Assembly: GCA_949297305.1 (NCBI GenBank)
Contig: CASFSG010000018.1
Coordinates: forward strand, 4,901-68,900
DNA from: an uncultured bacterium
GTDB taxonomy: Bacteria > Bacillota_I > Bacilli_A > RFN20 > CAG-826
Direction: 5' to 3'
DNA length: 64,000 nucleotides
Shown: positions 28,563 through 38,251 of the stretch, piece by piece
How positions within the stretch are numbered: the first letter of the stretch is position 1
Layout: each line of letters opens with the position of its first letter
The notes under the pieces: generated by a model
What the model saw: only the letters and a program-made list of their open reading frames with translations
Databases searched by the model: none
What the model was told of the DNA's origin: nothing
Made by a program: the position numbers and the translations under genes

Positions 28563-30032
28563 ATGAGTAAACCTAATCGCCTGATTAACTTTATTAAAAA
28601 AGTATTCGCCTTCCATGATCTCACTAGTGGTAGTCCATTTAAAGTTATCTTACTTTTTGCTATTCCTATTTTTATCTCATCTTTATTAAATAATTCTTTG
28701 TCTTTATTAAATTCGTTAGTTTTACGTTCCACGGTTGGGGGAGTAGGTGTAACTGCTATTAATCAAACAGGTAGTTTATCCTCAATTCTTTTTCAATTTG
28801 CTTTTGGAGCATCGAGTGGTTTTGCTATTTTAGCTAGTCAAAGAAAAGGAGATAACGATCAAGAAGGGATTAAAAAAGTATTTTTTTCTTCTATCTTTTT
28901 ATCAATAATTCTTGCCCTTGTTATCACTATTGTTGGCGTTTTTGCATTAAAGCCCCTTTTAAGGCTACTAAATGTTGGTGACACTTATTTTAATTATTCA
29001 TATATTTATTTTTTAGTTTTGTTGATTGGATTTGTAATTACCTTAATAAATAACTTTTTTGGTAATTTTTTACGAGCTTTAGGGAATTCAACCTTTCCCC
29101 TTTTTGTTTCGCTAGGCACAACATTATTACATATTTTCTTCGTTTATTTATTAACCGCTCCATATTTGCTTAATATGAATACACTTGGTTGCGGTATCGC
29201 AGTTATTTTTACTAACTTAATTTCTTTATTAATTAATTATTTTTATATCATCAAAAAATATCCGTCTTTAAAAAGTCTAAAGGGTTTATGGCAATTTGAT
29301 AAAAAGATTTATAGTGGTTTATTGAAGTTTGGTCTCCCTTTAGGTTTACAGTGGTCAATTTTATTTATTGGTTCTTTTGTTCAGAATAGTCAAGTTAATC
29401 TTTTTGGTGATGATGCTTCAAAAGCGATGGCCTGTTATAGCAACTTTGAAGGTTATATTACGATGCCTTTTTCGGCTTTATCAAGCGCGATAACGACTTT
29501 CGTTGGACAAAATTATGGGGCTAAACTCTATCGTCGCATTAAACTTGGATTGCGTGATGGTTTATTTATAACACTCATCATTTATGCGGCGATTTTATGC
29601 ATTGCTCTTCCTTTAACACCATATGTGTCATATATATTTTTAAATGTCGATGAAGTAAATGATAATGTCATTTATTATACCTCCACTTATTCGATTATCA
29701 TTATTGCTAGTCTAATTTTACAAGGCACATTGATGTTATCGCGATCTGCTCTACAAGGCACAAAGCACGCTTTGATTCCCTTTTTAGCAGGCGTAGGAGA
29801 ACTAGGAGCGAGAATTTTAATAAGTCTATATATTCCTTCTTTAATCGATCCTAGTTTCGCTATTAATCATTCGCAATCAGCCTATCTTGGTTTATCTTTT
29901 TCTACTCCTAGTGCTTGGCTAATATCTTTTTTGGTAATGGGGATATCAACTCTCGTTTTAATCATCTTTAATAAAAATTATCAAAGCGACCAAAGAACTA
30001 GTGTTTTACCTAATGAAAAAAACAATCATTAA
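28563..30032 (+). CDS. MATE family efflux transporter
   Basis: DLTSGSP...FAIP, LRALGNS..PL, TFVGQNYGA; about 12 TMs. Confidence 0.92.
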   Translation: MSKPNRLINFIKKVFAFHDLTSGSPFKVILLFAIPIFISSLLNNSLSLLNSLVLRSTVGGVGVTAINQTGSLSSILFQFAFGASSGFAILASQRKGDNDQEGIKKVFFSSIFLSIILALVITIVGVFALKPLLRLLNVGDTYFNYSYIYFLVLLIGFVITLINNFFGNFLRALGNSTFPLFVSLGTTLLHIFFVYLLTAPYLLNMNTLGCGIAVIFTNLISLLINYFYIIKKYPSLKSLKGLWQFDKKIYSGLLKFGLPLGLQWSILFIGSFVQNSQVNLFGDDASKAMACYSNFEGYITMPFSALSSAITTFVGQNYGAKLYRRIKLGLRDGLFITLIIYAAILCIALPLTPYVSYIFLNVDEVNDNVIYYTSTYSIIIIASLILQGTLMLSRSALQGTKHALIPFLAGVGELGARILISLYIPSLIDPSFAINHSQSAYLGLSFSTPSAWLISFLVMGISTLVLIIFNKNYQSDQRTSVLPNEKNNH

Positions 30033-30163
30033 TAATGTCGTTTATTGATTGTTACGAATAATAACATTCGATAAAATCTTATTTTTTGCCTATTAAATTC
30101 TTGAGTATTTTTACATTATTTATAATGTTAGTAATTACTTTTAAGACTTTTTAACATAATAAG

Positions 30164-30177
30164 TGTAAACGCTTACA
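30164..30177 (+). promoter_or_regulatory. LacI-family/cre-like operator
   Basis: TGTAAACGCTTACA just downstream of CATAAT; exact reverse complement at 38211. Confidence 0.8.
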
Positions 30178-30245
30178 TTTTCTTAAATTCGTTTTTGAAT
30201 TAATGAACAAAAAGCGTAATTAAAGGAGGATCGAAAGGAGAATTT

Positions 30246-32729
30246 ATGAAAAAAAGATTACCTTTAAGTATCTTATCTATCGCTCTTGCTTCCGTGATGA
30301 TGCTCACTAGTTGTCCTGGTGAAACAAGTAATAGTGGCTCAGAATCGACTGGTGGCGGTGGATCAAGTGATACTACCCCTAGTGTCGTCATCAATTCAGT
30401 CGACATTTTGGACGCTGATGGTTATGAAATAACCGAACTCGATATCTTAGATAATAATGTCTACGAATTGACGGCAAAAGTTGATACTGATAGTTCTCAA
30501 TCTTCAGCGCGTCGTGTCGATTGGTCTACTAGTGATGATACAATCGCTGAAATTGATAATGGCTATTTAACAATTGGAAATGTTTTAGAAGAAGATAAAA
30601 CATTGACCGTTACAGCGACTAGCCGGGCCGACGCAACTAAATCCGACAGTGTGACTTTCACGCTTCATCATTCACCAATTGATTTAGTTAATTCTCGTCC
30701 ACTCTCAACTATTGATACTTATGATTTCCTTGAAGAAGGTATCATGGCTCAAACTGATGATTTAAGTGATACGAGTATGATTTTTGCTGGTGTTCATTCA
30801 ACAAAATGGTATGTCCAAGCCGACATTCGTATTACTTCTTTAAATGAATCTGATAATTATCCTAAATTTGGTTTAATGACTGGTACTAATGAATATGGTG
30901 TTTGGCAAGATGGTCAAAACCCCTTCTCAATGTTCTTTATTGACTCACAAAGATTACTGTCTAGTTGGAATTCCCTAGGCTGGGTCAATAGCAACGATGC
31001 GATGACCGACTGGAATTGGGGTGGCGCTAAATATAATAGTGTCTCACCAGCCGTTGAAATGCGTCAATGGTTCCGTTTAGGTTTGCTTAGAGACGGGACA
31101 ACTTATTCCGTTTTCTTTGGTCATTCTAGCGATGAATACAAGTCATATAAACGTTTAGCTACCTACACTTGGACTGGTGTAGCAGCCGATCAACCATCCT
31201 ACGCTTGGATTGGTGGTTTTAAAGCTGCGGTCGAAGTTCAAAATGTTAACGCCTATGTTGATGATGCAGTAAATACTTGCTTTGCTGAACCAAATGAGTT
31301 TGCTTTCACAGCTCCTATGATGCTTCTTCAACCTGGTGAAACATATCAAACCGCCTTTAATTATGATACCGATTATCTTGATATGTCTAAGGTTACATAT
31401 GCCAGTGATAACAGCGATGTTGTAACCGTTTCTGAAACTGGTTTAATTACCGTCAATAGCGAATATAGTGGCACAACCAATGTCACAGTTACTGCTACTT
31501 ATGATAAAGTCGAAGGTGAAGATTTAGTCGCGACAATGACCGTTACAGCCACCAATGATCAAGAAATGATTTTCGTTGTCGATGGCAAAATGGATGATGC
31601 TGGTTATCAAAAGGTTCTCGCTAATTCCTTCACTTTAAGAAAAGACCCAAGCAACTGGATTACCTTCTATGCTGCCCGCAATATTAATGGTATCTATTTA
31701 TTTGCCGATTATAATGTCAATGCTATTAAAAACAACAACAATAATGATTGGTGGGAAAATGATAACTTTGAATTTTATTTAGGCACCGATGGTAATACCA
31801 ACATGACTAATCAAATTTGGGCTTCGGTTTTAGGCGCTGGTGGTAGTTCTAACGCCGATAATCACTTTGTGACCGAATTAACTAAAAATGAAGATACTGG
31901 TTTATATCACGCCAATTTCGAAGTATATGTTTCATATGCTCGCATTGGTAAAGGTATTGATAATGATACATTATTAACCTTCTGTGTCGGTTCTAATCCT
32001 GCTGCTGGTTGGTATAATACTGGTGCTTTCTGGGCTCCAGAAGCTGGTAAAGATCCTGTCAATGCTGATGCTAATAGTTTCATCCGTATCGGCGCTAATG
32101 GCTTTGAATGGTTTAATGAAAAAGATATTAATATCGAATGTGATGGCCACAATTTTGTTGAAGGTGTTTGCACTAAATGTGGTGAAACGATTGAAACGCC
32201 AGTTAATAGTGGCGATTTAAGCTCAATCAAATTTGATGTCGTTCAATGCGAAGTAAATATGGCTGAAGATTTTGAAGTCGTCGTCAAGATGAATTCTGTC
32301 GTTACTGAAGGTGATCATGCTAAATGTAATATGCTCGACCATACTTGGGTTGGTGAAATTACATCAACTGATGGCCAAGGTGCAGTTAATACTGATGGTT
32401 GCTGGTCATTTAGAGGTGACTGGTGGAGTTGGGGTAGTTGGTCTTCTACTGGCGGTGATGCTTCGGCCGGTAAAGAATTTGGTAACTTCCCTGATCGCAA
32501 TTCTGCCTTTAGAGATTTAGATATTACCTTGTTAATGCGTTGGGATGCTGAAACTGGCTATTTCACCGTTAAAGGTCAATATCACTCTAATGTCGAAGGT
32601 CAAGACGGCAGTGTTTACCAATATATTAATTACAAATCAGGTCATATCGATTATCGAGGACTTGCCTACATTAATGTTGGTGGAAATAGCCACACTAATG
32701 TCACAATTAATAGCTTGGTTATTCGTTAA
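30246..32729 (+). CDS. Multidomain surface lipoprotein (Ig-like, beta-sandwich and CBM9-like domains)
   Basis: Lipobox LTSC, Gly/Ser linker, WSTSDDTIAEI and YASDNSDVVTV Big_2 motifs, VVDGKMDD...DNFEFYL; Trp-rich. Confidence 0.72.
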   Translation: MKKRLPLSILSIALASVMMLTSCPGETSNSGSESTGGGGSSDTTPSVVINSVDILDADGYEITELDILDNNVYELTAKVDTDSSQSSARRVDWSTSDDTIAEIDNGYLTIGNVLEEDKTLTVTATSRADATKSDSVTFTLHHSPIDLVNSRPLSTIDTYDFLEEGIMAQTDDLSDTSMIFAGVHSTKWYVQADIRITSLNESDNYPKFGLMTGTNEYGVWQDGQNPFSMFFIDSQRLLSSWNSLGWVNSNDAMTDWNWGGAKYNSVSPAVEMRQWFRLGLLRDGTTYSVFFGHSSDEYKSYKRLATYTWTGVAADQPSYAWIGGFKAAVEVQNVNAYVDDAVNTCFAEPNEFAFTAPMMLLQPGETYQTAFNYDTDYLDMSKVTYASDNSDVVTVSETGLITVNSEYSGTTNVTVTATYDKVEGEDLVATMTVTATNDQEMIFVVDGKMDDAGYQKVLANSFTLRKDPSNWITFYAARNINGIYLFADYNVNAIKNNNNNDWWENDNFEFYLGTDGNTNMTNQIWASVLGAGGSSNADNHFVTELTKNEDTGLYHANFEVYVSYARIGKGIDNDTLLTFCVGSNPAAGWYNTGAFWAPEAGKDPVNADANSFIRIGANGFEWFNEKDINIECDGHNFVEGVCTKCGETIETPVNSGDLSSIKFDVVQCEVNMAEDFEVVVKMNSVVTEGDHAKCNMLDHTWVGEITSTDGQGAVNTDGCWSFRGDWWSWGSWSSTGGDASAGKEFGNFPDRNSAFRDLDITLLMRWDAETGYFTVKGQYHSNVEGQDGSVYQYINYKSGHIDYRGLAYINVGGNSHTNVTINSLVIR

Positions 32730-32746
32730 TTATTGAATATTAATAT

Positions 32747-32776
32747 AAAGGGATGGCTAGCAATAGCCATCTTTTT
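32747..32776 (+). terminator. Intrinsic terminator
   Basis: GGATGGCTA-GCAA-TAGCCATCT followed by a T run. Confidence 0.85.
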
Positions 32777-32852
32777 ATTATTTTATATAATAACGGTTTC
32801 AAACGAATTTTTCTTCTTTTCAAAGAAGATAAATTGTGTTTAATTTTATAAT

Positions 32853-33839
32853 ATGAGTTTATTAAAACCGGTTGGATTAAAAGAAATAGCTTATGAATTA
32901 GGGGTCTCGGTCAACACCGTCTCACGCGCTTTAAGAGATTGCGATGATATCTCCTTAGAAATGAAAAAGAAAGTTCGTTCAAAAGCGATAGAAATGGGTT
33001 ATTCTCCTAACGCCGTCGAAGAATTTGTTAAAAAAGACTACAAAAAGAACATCGCTTTTTTAGGTTCAAATTTCGACAATTTATATTTCACAATCATGTG
33101 CAATGAATTTTTAAAATATTTAGATAGCGATAAATATAATTTCACTGTTGTCGTTTCTAATGGCAATCATTTAGATGTTGAAGGCGTCAAAAGATGCATT
33201 TTACAAAGAGTTGATGCAATTATTTCTTTTATTGAACCGCTTCCGGAAGCGATTAACTTAACTAAGTTATATAAAATTCCCATGCTCTTAGTTGGTCGTA
33301 GAGTAGAAAATGCTGATATTGATCAAATTTATACAGATGACCGCCGGGGAGGGGCGCTTGCCGGCGAATATTTAATTGAAAGACATCAATGTAAGAAGCT
33401 ATGCTTCTTATCGTTTAAAGATATCGAATGTGCAGAAAGAAGATATCTCGGCTTTAATAGCGTCGCAAAGGAACATTCTTTGCATGTTGATAAAATTTAT
33501 GTTTCAAGTATCGACGAAGTTAATGCTGATTATTTTATTAAGCAAGGATATGATGGCATCTTTTGTTTTAATGACGAACTAGCTTACTATCTTTTATATA
33601 ATGCCTCAACTAGTAAAGACGAAATTGACACTAAATTTAAAGATGTTCATATCGTAGGTTATGATGCTTTGGCTCACCGAATTCGCGGGTTAAAGCGCAT
33701 TACTTCCATCAATTCAAACTATCATGAAATTGCTAAAGAATCGATTGATTTAATTGTCCGCCGTTTAGAAAGTAAAGATAGCGGCCTATCTTTTGCGAAT
33801 GTAACATTTCCCGTTGCATTATATTTACGCCTCCATTAA
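32853..33839 (+). CDS. LacI-family transcriptional regulator
   Basis: LKEIAYELGVSVNTVSRAL HTH, MGYSPN, FCFNDELA, IVGYD. Confidence 0.95.
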   Translation: MSLLKPVGLKEIAYELGVSVNTVSRALRDCDDISLEMKKKVRSKAIEMGYSPNAVEEFVKKDYKKNIAFLGSNFDNLYFTIMCNEFLKYLDSDKYNFTVVVSNGNHLDVEGVKRCILQRVDAIISFIEPLPEAINLTKLYKIPMLLVGRRVENADIDQIYTDDRRGGALAGEYLIERHQCKKLCFLSFKDIECAERRYLGFNSVAKEHSLHVDKIYVSSIDEVNADYFIKQGYDGIFCFNDELAYYLLYNASTSKDEIDTKFKDVHIVGYDALAHRIRGLKRITSINSNYHEIAKESIDLIVRRLESKDSGLSFANVTFPVALYLRLH

Positions 33840-33961
33840 TTTAGGATTATTTTTTTCATAAATTTCGATGAAATCTAATATTTTATAGCGTTATTTTTAA
33901 TGTAAAAATCTCTTTAAGAAAGCCCTTACAATAAAAATGTAAATAAAGGAGGTTTTTTCTT

Positions 33962-35770
33962 ATGAATATTAAACCGCTCGCTTTAGCTGGCTTATCATTG
34001 TTCCTTCTTGCTAGTTGCGATGACCCTAATAGCGAATCAACCTCGCGTGATGGTAGTTCAACTAGTATCGTTGAAACAATCCCAGAGGATGATAAAGTTC
34101 ACTTAGTTATTTTAGCGGGGGCTAGTAACGCGCGAGGGAAAGCACTCAATAGCGACTTAAGCGCCGCCGATAAAGCTGAAAACGAATTAGTTCAAATTTT
34201 AAATGATGGTTATCGGATGGAAAATTTGGGTTTTGTTGGCGATGAGCCAAATAATGTTCGTTTGCAAAACGTAACCTCTTCTTTAGGCGATGGTACCACT
34301 GAATTTGGTCCTGAGGTTGGTATGGCGCAAGTGATGGGTAAAAGGTATGGCTTAACCGAATACGATGAACCGCGTTCATCAATCGTTAAATATTCGGCTT
34401 GTGGTTCAACCTTTTATGACCATTGGATGAGTGAAACAAGCGTCAAAGATTCATCGCTTCACCTCAATTTGAATGATGTAAGGACAAATCCGAAATTAAA
34501 TGAAGAAGTTGGTCCATTGACAAATAATTATTATCAATTAATCGATAAAGCAATCGAAGAATATAATGCATTAGGCTATGATGTAAAAATCGATGGTGTC
34601 GTTTTTCTTCATGGCGAACAAGACGCGAAATTTAGCGATAACATGGAAGATTATGAAACAGTTTTTACTAACTTTATTCATGATACTAGAAACTATGTTG
34701 GCGATGACGATTTACCCTTTGTAATTGTCGAGTCTCTCACTAATAGCGCTCGCTATGGCAATGAACTTAGAGTAATTCAAAAAAGAGTCGCTACAAACAC
34801 TAATTCCATCTTTGTTGAAACCGCTGATTTACATGTTAATAATTTTGAGCCTTGGCATTTTGATGCTAGTAGTACCATCGAATTAGGAAAAAGAGTCGCT
34901 AGCGAATTAATCGCCTTAACCGATAACCGCGTCATCAGTGAAGTTACCGAAGAAAATATTGAGATTACTATTGGTGGTTCTTCTAATTTACCCCAATATC
35001 TTCAAGTGATGTTTTTAGATGGAGAAGAAGAAATTGTTCCCGTTTCTTCTTATGAAGAATTTGATGATTCAACTAGCGGAATAAAAACGACCAAAGTCAA
35101 TTTCGATTACAATGGTCATCATTTCGATTTTGATATCGAAATTAATGTTAAGGAAACCCCTTTTGTTGATGGTGATTTATCCGAAAGCGCCTACGCTAGT
35201 GCTAAAGCATTTAAACTTGGCGAAAAAGTCAATGTTAAATTGGTTAATAGCGACAAAGGATTATTTGTTGCTACAGATATCGATGATGATGACATCTCAA
35301 CTGATGGAGAAGATTGGCATAACAATGATTTAGGTCAAATGAATGTCAATGACGATTTAGAAATTTATATAACTGATAGCGATGTAGATAATCGTTATTC
35401 AATCATGTTATCAAGCGCGAATCTATTAAGAGTTTACGATCGCGGCTTTGATACAACTAATATTACATCTACGATGCCTACTAATAATTTAGTTATTCAA
35501 GGCAGGACAACTAATTTTTCACATCAAGTAAAAACTCAAGGAGAAATGAATGGTGGTGTCGCAAATGGCATGAAGATGGAATTATTTATTTCTTATGAAG
35601 ATTTAGGTTTTACTGAAACAAGTAATCTTAAAGTTTTATTTGAGTATAATGATGTTTCGTTCGATGGTACGTCTAAAACTAATTCCTCATCTTATTATGG
35701 TGCTTCTAGCATCAACGATAGCTATGAATTAGATATTTCTAATTATATTAACTTAACTGAATTACTTTAA
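33962..35770 (+). CDS. Lipoprotein SASA/CE6-like acetylesterase with C-terminal CBM9-like domain
   Basis: Lipobox LASC; ILAGASNA, FGPE, FLHGEQDA, WHF; FVDGDLSE...DDLEIYI. Confidence 0.78.
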   Translation: MNIKPLALAGLSLFLLASCDDPNSESTSRDGSSTSIVETIPEDDKVHLVILAGASNARGKALNSDLSAADKAENELVQILNDGYRMENLGFVGDEPNNVRLQNVTSSLGDGTTEFGPEVGMAQVMGKRYGLTEYDEPRSSIVKYSACGSTFYDHWMSETSVKDSSLHLNLNDVRTNPKLNEEVGPLTNNYYQLIDKAIEEYNALGYDVKIDGVVFLHGEQDAKFSDNMEDYETVFTNFIHDTRNYVGDDDLPFVIVESLTNSARYGNELRVIQKRVATNTNSIFVETADLHVNNFEPWHFDASSTIELGKRVASELIALTDNRVISEVTEENIEITIGGSSNLPQYLQVMFLDGEEEIVPVSSYEEFDDSTSGIKTTKVNFDYNGHHFDFDIEINVKETPFVDGDLSESAYASAKAFKLGEKVNVKLVNSDKGLFVATDIDDDDISTDGEDWHNNDLGQMNVNDDLEIYITDSDVDNRYSIMLSSANLLRVYDRGFDTTNITSTMPTNNLVIQGRTTNFSHQVKTQGEMNGGVANGMKMELFISYEDLGFTETSNLKVLFEYNDVSFDGTSKTNSSSYYGASSINDSYELDISNYINLTELL

Positions 35771-35807
35771 TCTCATGATGAGATTTAAAGATAAATAGGA
35801 GGAAAAT

Positions 35808-36887
35808 ATGAAAACAAAATTATTGTGTAGTTTATTTGGATTATTTGCCCTAACTTTTGGATTAGTAGGTTGCGATGATCCAACTACTTCTAGTGGTGGT
35901 GGCACTAGTGAAGGTCCTAGCATTTCGCAAGGTGATTCGGAAGAGGAAGAGCCTTCAACAATTCAATCGATTACCATTACTGATGAATACCAAAATTATC
36001 AAGTTGGTGTCGGCGAAATTATCTATATTACAAATGCGATGTATGAAATTCATCCTAGTGGTCTACCTTCATCTCAAAGACGCGTTGAATTATCGCTCGT
36101 CGATGGTGAAGAATATTTTGAAGCTAACGATGACGAATTTACTGCAATTGCTCCAGGAGTTGGAACATTTAGAATTTCTAGCCGAGTTAGTAAAGAAATC
36201 TATGCTGATTTTAATGTGACGGTTATTGAAACATTCTTTGCCCGCACCGACGGTTTTGCAAGTGTCGATTTAACTCATGAAAATGATGAAACTAATCCTT
36301 ATGTTACCACCCGCGGTGTCACGACTGATTTAATGGTAGCTGGCATCGATAGTACAAAGTGGTATGCGGAAACCACAATTAATATTAAGGAAGTTACAAC
36401 GAGTGAAAAATTCCCGAAAGTAGGCATTTTCTCACGCGCTAGCGACGGCTCTTTAAATCGCGCTTTCTTCTTTATGAATGCTGAAATTGGTGATAATAAT
36501 AATAGCGAATGGAAGAATTTTGGTGTTTGTGAAGTTCAAGGTCAAGATGGTTGGGCTTGGAATCCTGGAGTCACTAATGACGAAGCTCGTCACGTCGATA
36601 ATTGCTATGTACACGAAAGCGTTTTAACTTATAATACTGAATTTAAGATGGGTTTAGCCCGTTCTGGCTTAAGATATTATATGTATGTCAATGATGTTTA
36701 TGTTGGTGAATTTGATATTTTACCAACTTTGATTGCTGCTGATCAAAATAGTAATATTGGTTTCTTCCAATTTAATTCAACTGTCGTTTTCTCTAATTAT
36801 AGTGCGACCGATGATGCAGACGAAGTCGATGCTAGAATCAATGCTATTAGTGAACACAAAGTTGTTGAAAATTGGGCTGCTGATTAA
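35808..36887 (+). CDS. Surface lipoprotein, putative glycan-binding beta-sandwich
   Basis: Lipobox LVGC; domain paralogous to the 30246 protein (STKWY...PK.G). Confidence 0.68.
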   Translation: MKTKLLCSLFGLFALTFGLVGCDDPTTSSGGGTSEGPSISQGDSEEEEPSTIQSITITDEYQNYQVGVGEIIYITNAMYEIHPSGLPSSQRRVELSLVDGEEYFEANDDEFTAIAPGVGTFRISSRVSKEIYADFNVTVIETFFARTDGFASVDLTHENDETNPYVTTRGVTTDLMVAGIDSTKWYAETTINIKEVTTSEKFPKVGIFSRASDGSLNRAFFFMNAEIGDNNNSEWKNFGVCEVQGQDGWAWNPGVTNDEARHVDNCYVHESVLTYNTEFKMGLARSGLRYYMYVNDVYVGEFDILPTLIAADQNSNIGFFQFNSTVVFSNYSATDDADEVDARINAISEHKVVENWAAD

Positions 36888-36903
36888 GTAAAATTTTAAA
36901 AGT

Positions 36904-36931
36904 GGGGCTATAGGCAACTATAGCCTCTTTT
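36904..36931 (+). terminator. Intrinsic terminator
   Basis: GGGGCTATAG-GCAA-CTATAGCCTC-TTTT. Confidence 0.85.
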
Positions 36932-36940
36932 ATTAAAACA

Positions 36941-38134
36941 ATGAAATTATTTAAGTCGCGAATTGATTTATATAAAGATAAGGGTGATGCTTCATTATCG
37001 AAGCGTCTCATCGCTTTAATTATCGATTTCTTTTTATTACTTATGACGACGCTTTTGCTTTATTTAGGAACGAATCAAATCGTCATAAATAACCAAATGT
37101 ATCAAAGATATGAAAAGCAAGTTAAAGATGAAATCGCTTATTATAATCATCTTTTGAATGAGACGCATATCATCGATTTTAACGACGATGATTTAATGGT
37201 TCGTTATGATGTTGATTCGATGGCTTTAAAATTATTAAGCCTACATATCTCTTTATCTTATCAAAAAGACGCGAACAATGATTTTACGGTTGTGCCTAAA
37301 GAATGTTTAGATGTCGGTATCGCATCAATTAATGAGGATTTTCTCTCATATTTTTATACTGTGTATGTGCCTAAACATAACACGAATAATGCTTTTATTG
37401 ATTTTGGCGGCGTCGATCCTCTAATTTATTATAAAAACTTAATGAAGGGGTACGCTGGCAATCAATTTGATAATTATTTCATTTTTGGTGAAGAGGACGA
37501 GCTATTTTATTTAAGACCTTATGTGGCGAATCGGATCTACCATTATTATTTTCTTGAAGAGGATAAGGGAGAATCCGAATATCAATACATTTCACAATTA
37601 TTTTACTATGCAATTGAAGAGGCTGAATTGACTCTAATTAATTCTTCGCCATATTATGAGGAACACTATCTACCTTATCGAGAAGCGTATGCAAATCAAG
37701 GTAATATCATCAACTTAGCGTTCCTTTTAACAAGTTATGTCGCTTACTTAATTATTATTGTTTTGCCTCAATTAGTTTTTAATGATGCGGTTACTTTAGG
37801 TAAATTAGCGATGGGTATTGCTATCATCTCGAAAAGAAGACAAAAACTTAAATGGTACTTTAAGTTAATTAGGATGATAGGGGGATTACTTATTAGCCCT
37901 TTATCCTCGCTTCTTATTCCAGTATTACCGATGTTTAATTTTAATTTCACAACCTTTAATCTACCATTATTAGGGTCAGGTTTCACTTACGGATGGTTTT
38001 TAGTAATTCTTGCAAGTTTGTTATTAATTAATGGCTTAGTTGCCCTATTTAATCACCGTCATTTTTCTTTGATGGATTATCTAACATCATCGATTGTAAT
38101 CGATAAAAATAAAATGCAAGAATACGCTGAATAA
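36941..38134 (+). CDS. RDD-family membrane protein with large soluble insertion
   Basis: KRLIALIIDF, TLGKLAMGI, SLMDYLTSS. Confidence 0.78.
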   Translation: MKLFKSRIDLYKDKGDASLSKRLIALIIDFFLLLMTTLLLYLGTNQIVINNQMYQRYEKQVKDEIAYYNHLLNETHIIDFNDDDLMVRYDVDSMALKLLSLHISLSYQKDANNDFTVVPKECLDVGIASINEDFLSYFYTVYVPKHNTNNAFIDFGGVDPLIYYKNLMKGYAGNQFDNYFIFGEEDELFYLRPYVANRIYHYYFLEEDKGESEYQYISQLFYYAIEEAELTLINSSPYYEEHYLPYREAYANQGNIINLAFLLTSYVAYLIIIVLPQLVFNDAVTLGKLAMGIAIISKRRQKLKWYFKLIRMIGGLLISPLSSLLIPVLPMFNFNFTTFNLPLLGSGFTYGWFLVILASLLLINGLVALFNHRHFSLMDYLTSSIVIDKNKMQEYAE

Positions 38135-38210
38135 ATATCGATAAAATCTATGATTTTCCCTCATTATTTTTAATGTTATAAATGCATAGATTTTTCTTTT
38201 AATATGATAA

Positions 38211-38224
38211 TGTAAGCGTTTACA
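38211..38224 (+). promoter_or_regulatory. LacI-family/cre-like operator
   Basis: TGTAAGCGTTTACA directly after a TATGAT -10, upstream of the ABC importer operon. Confidence 0.8.
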
Positions 38225-38251
38225 TATTTTATGGACGCATAAGGAGGAAAT

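Noticed and set aside
31155..36219. Many short overlapping ORFs within the lipoprotein and lacI genes
   Set aside because: Alternate-frame or antisense by-products of codon bias in long genuine CDSs.
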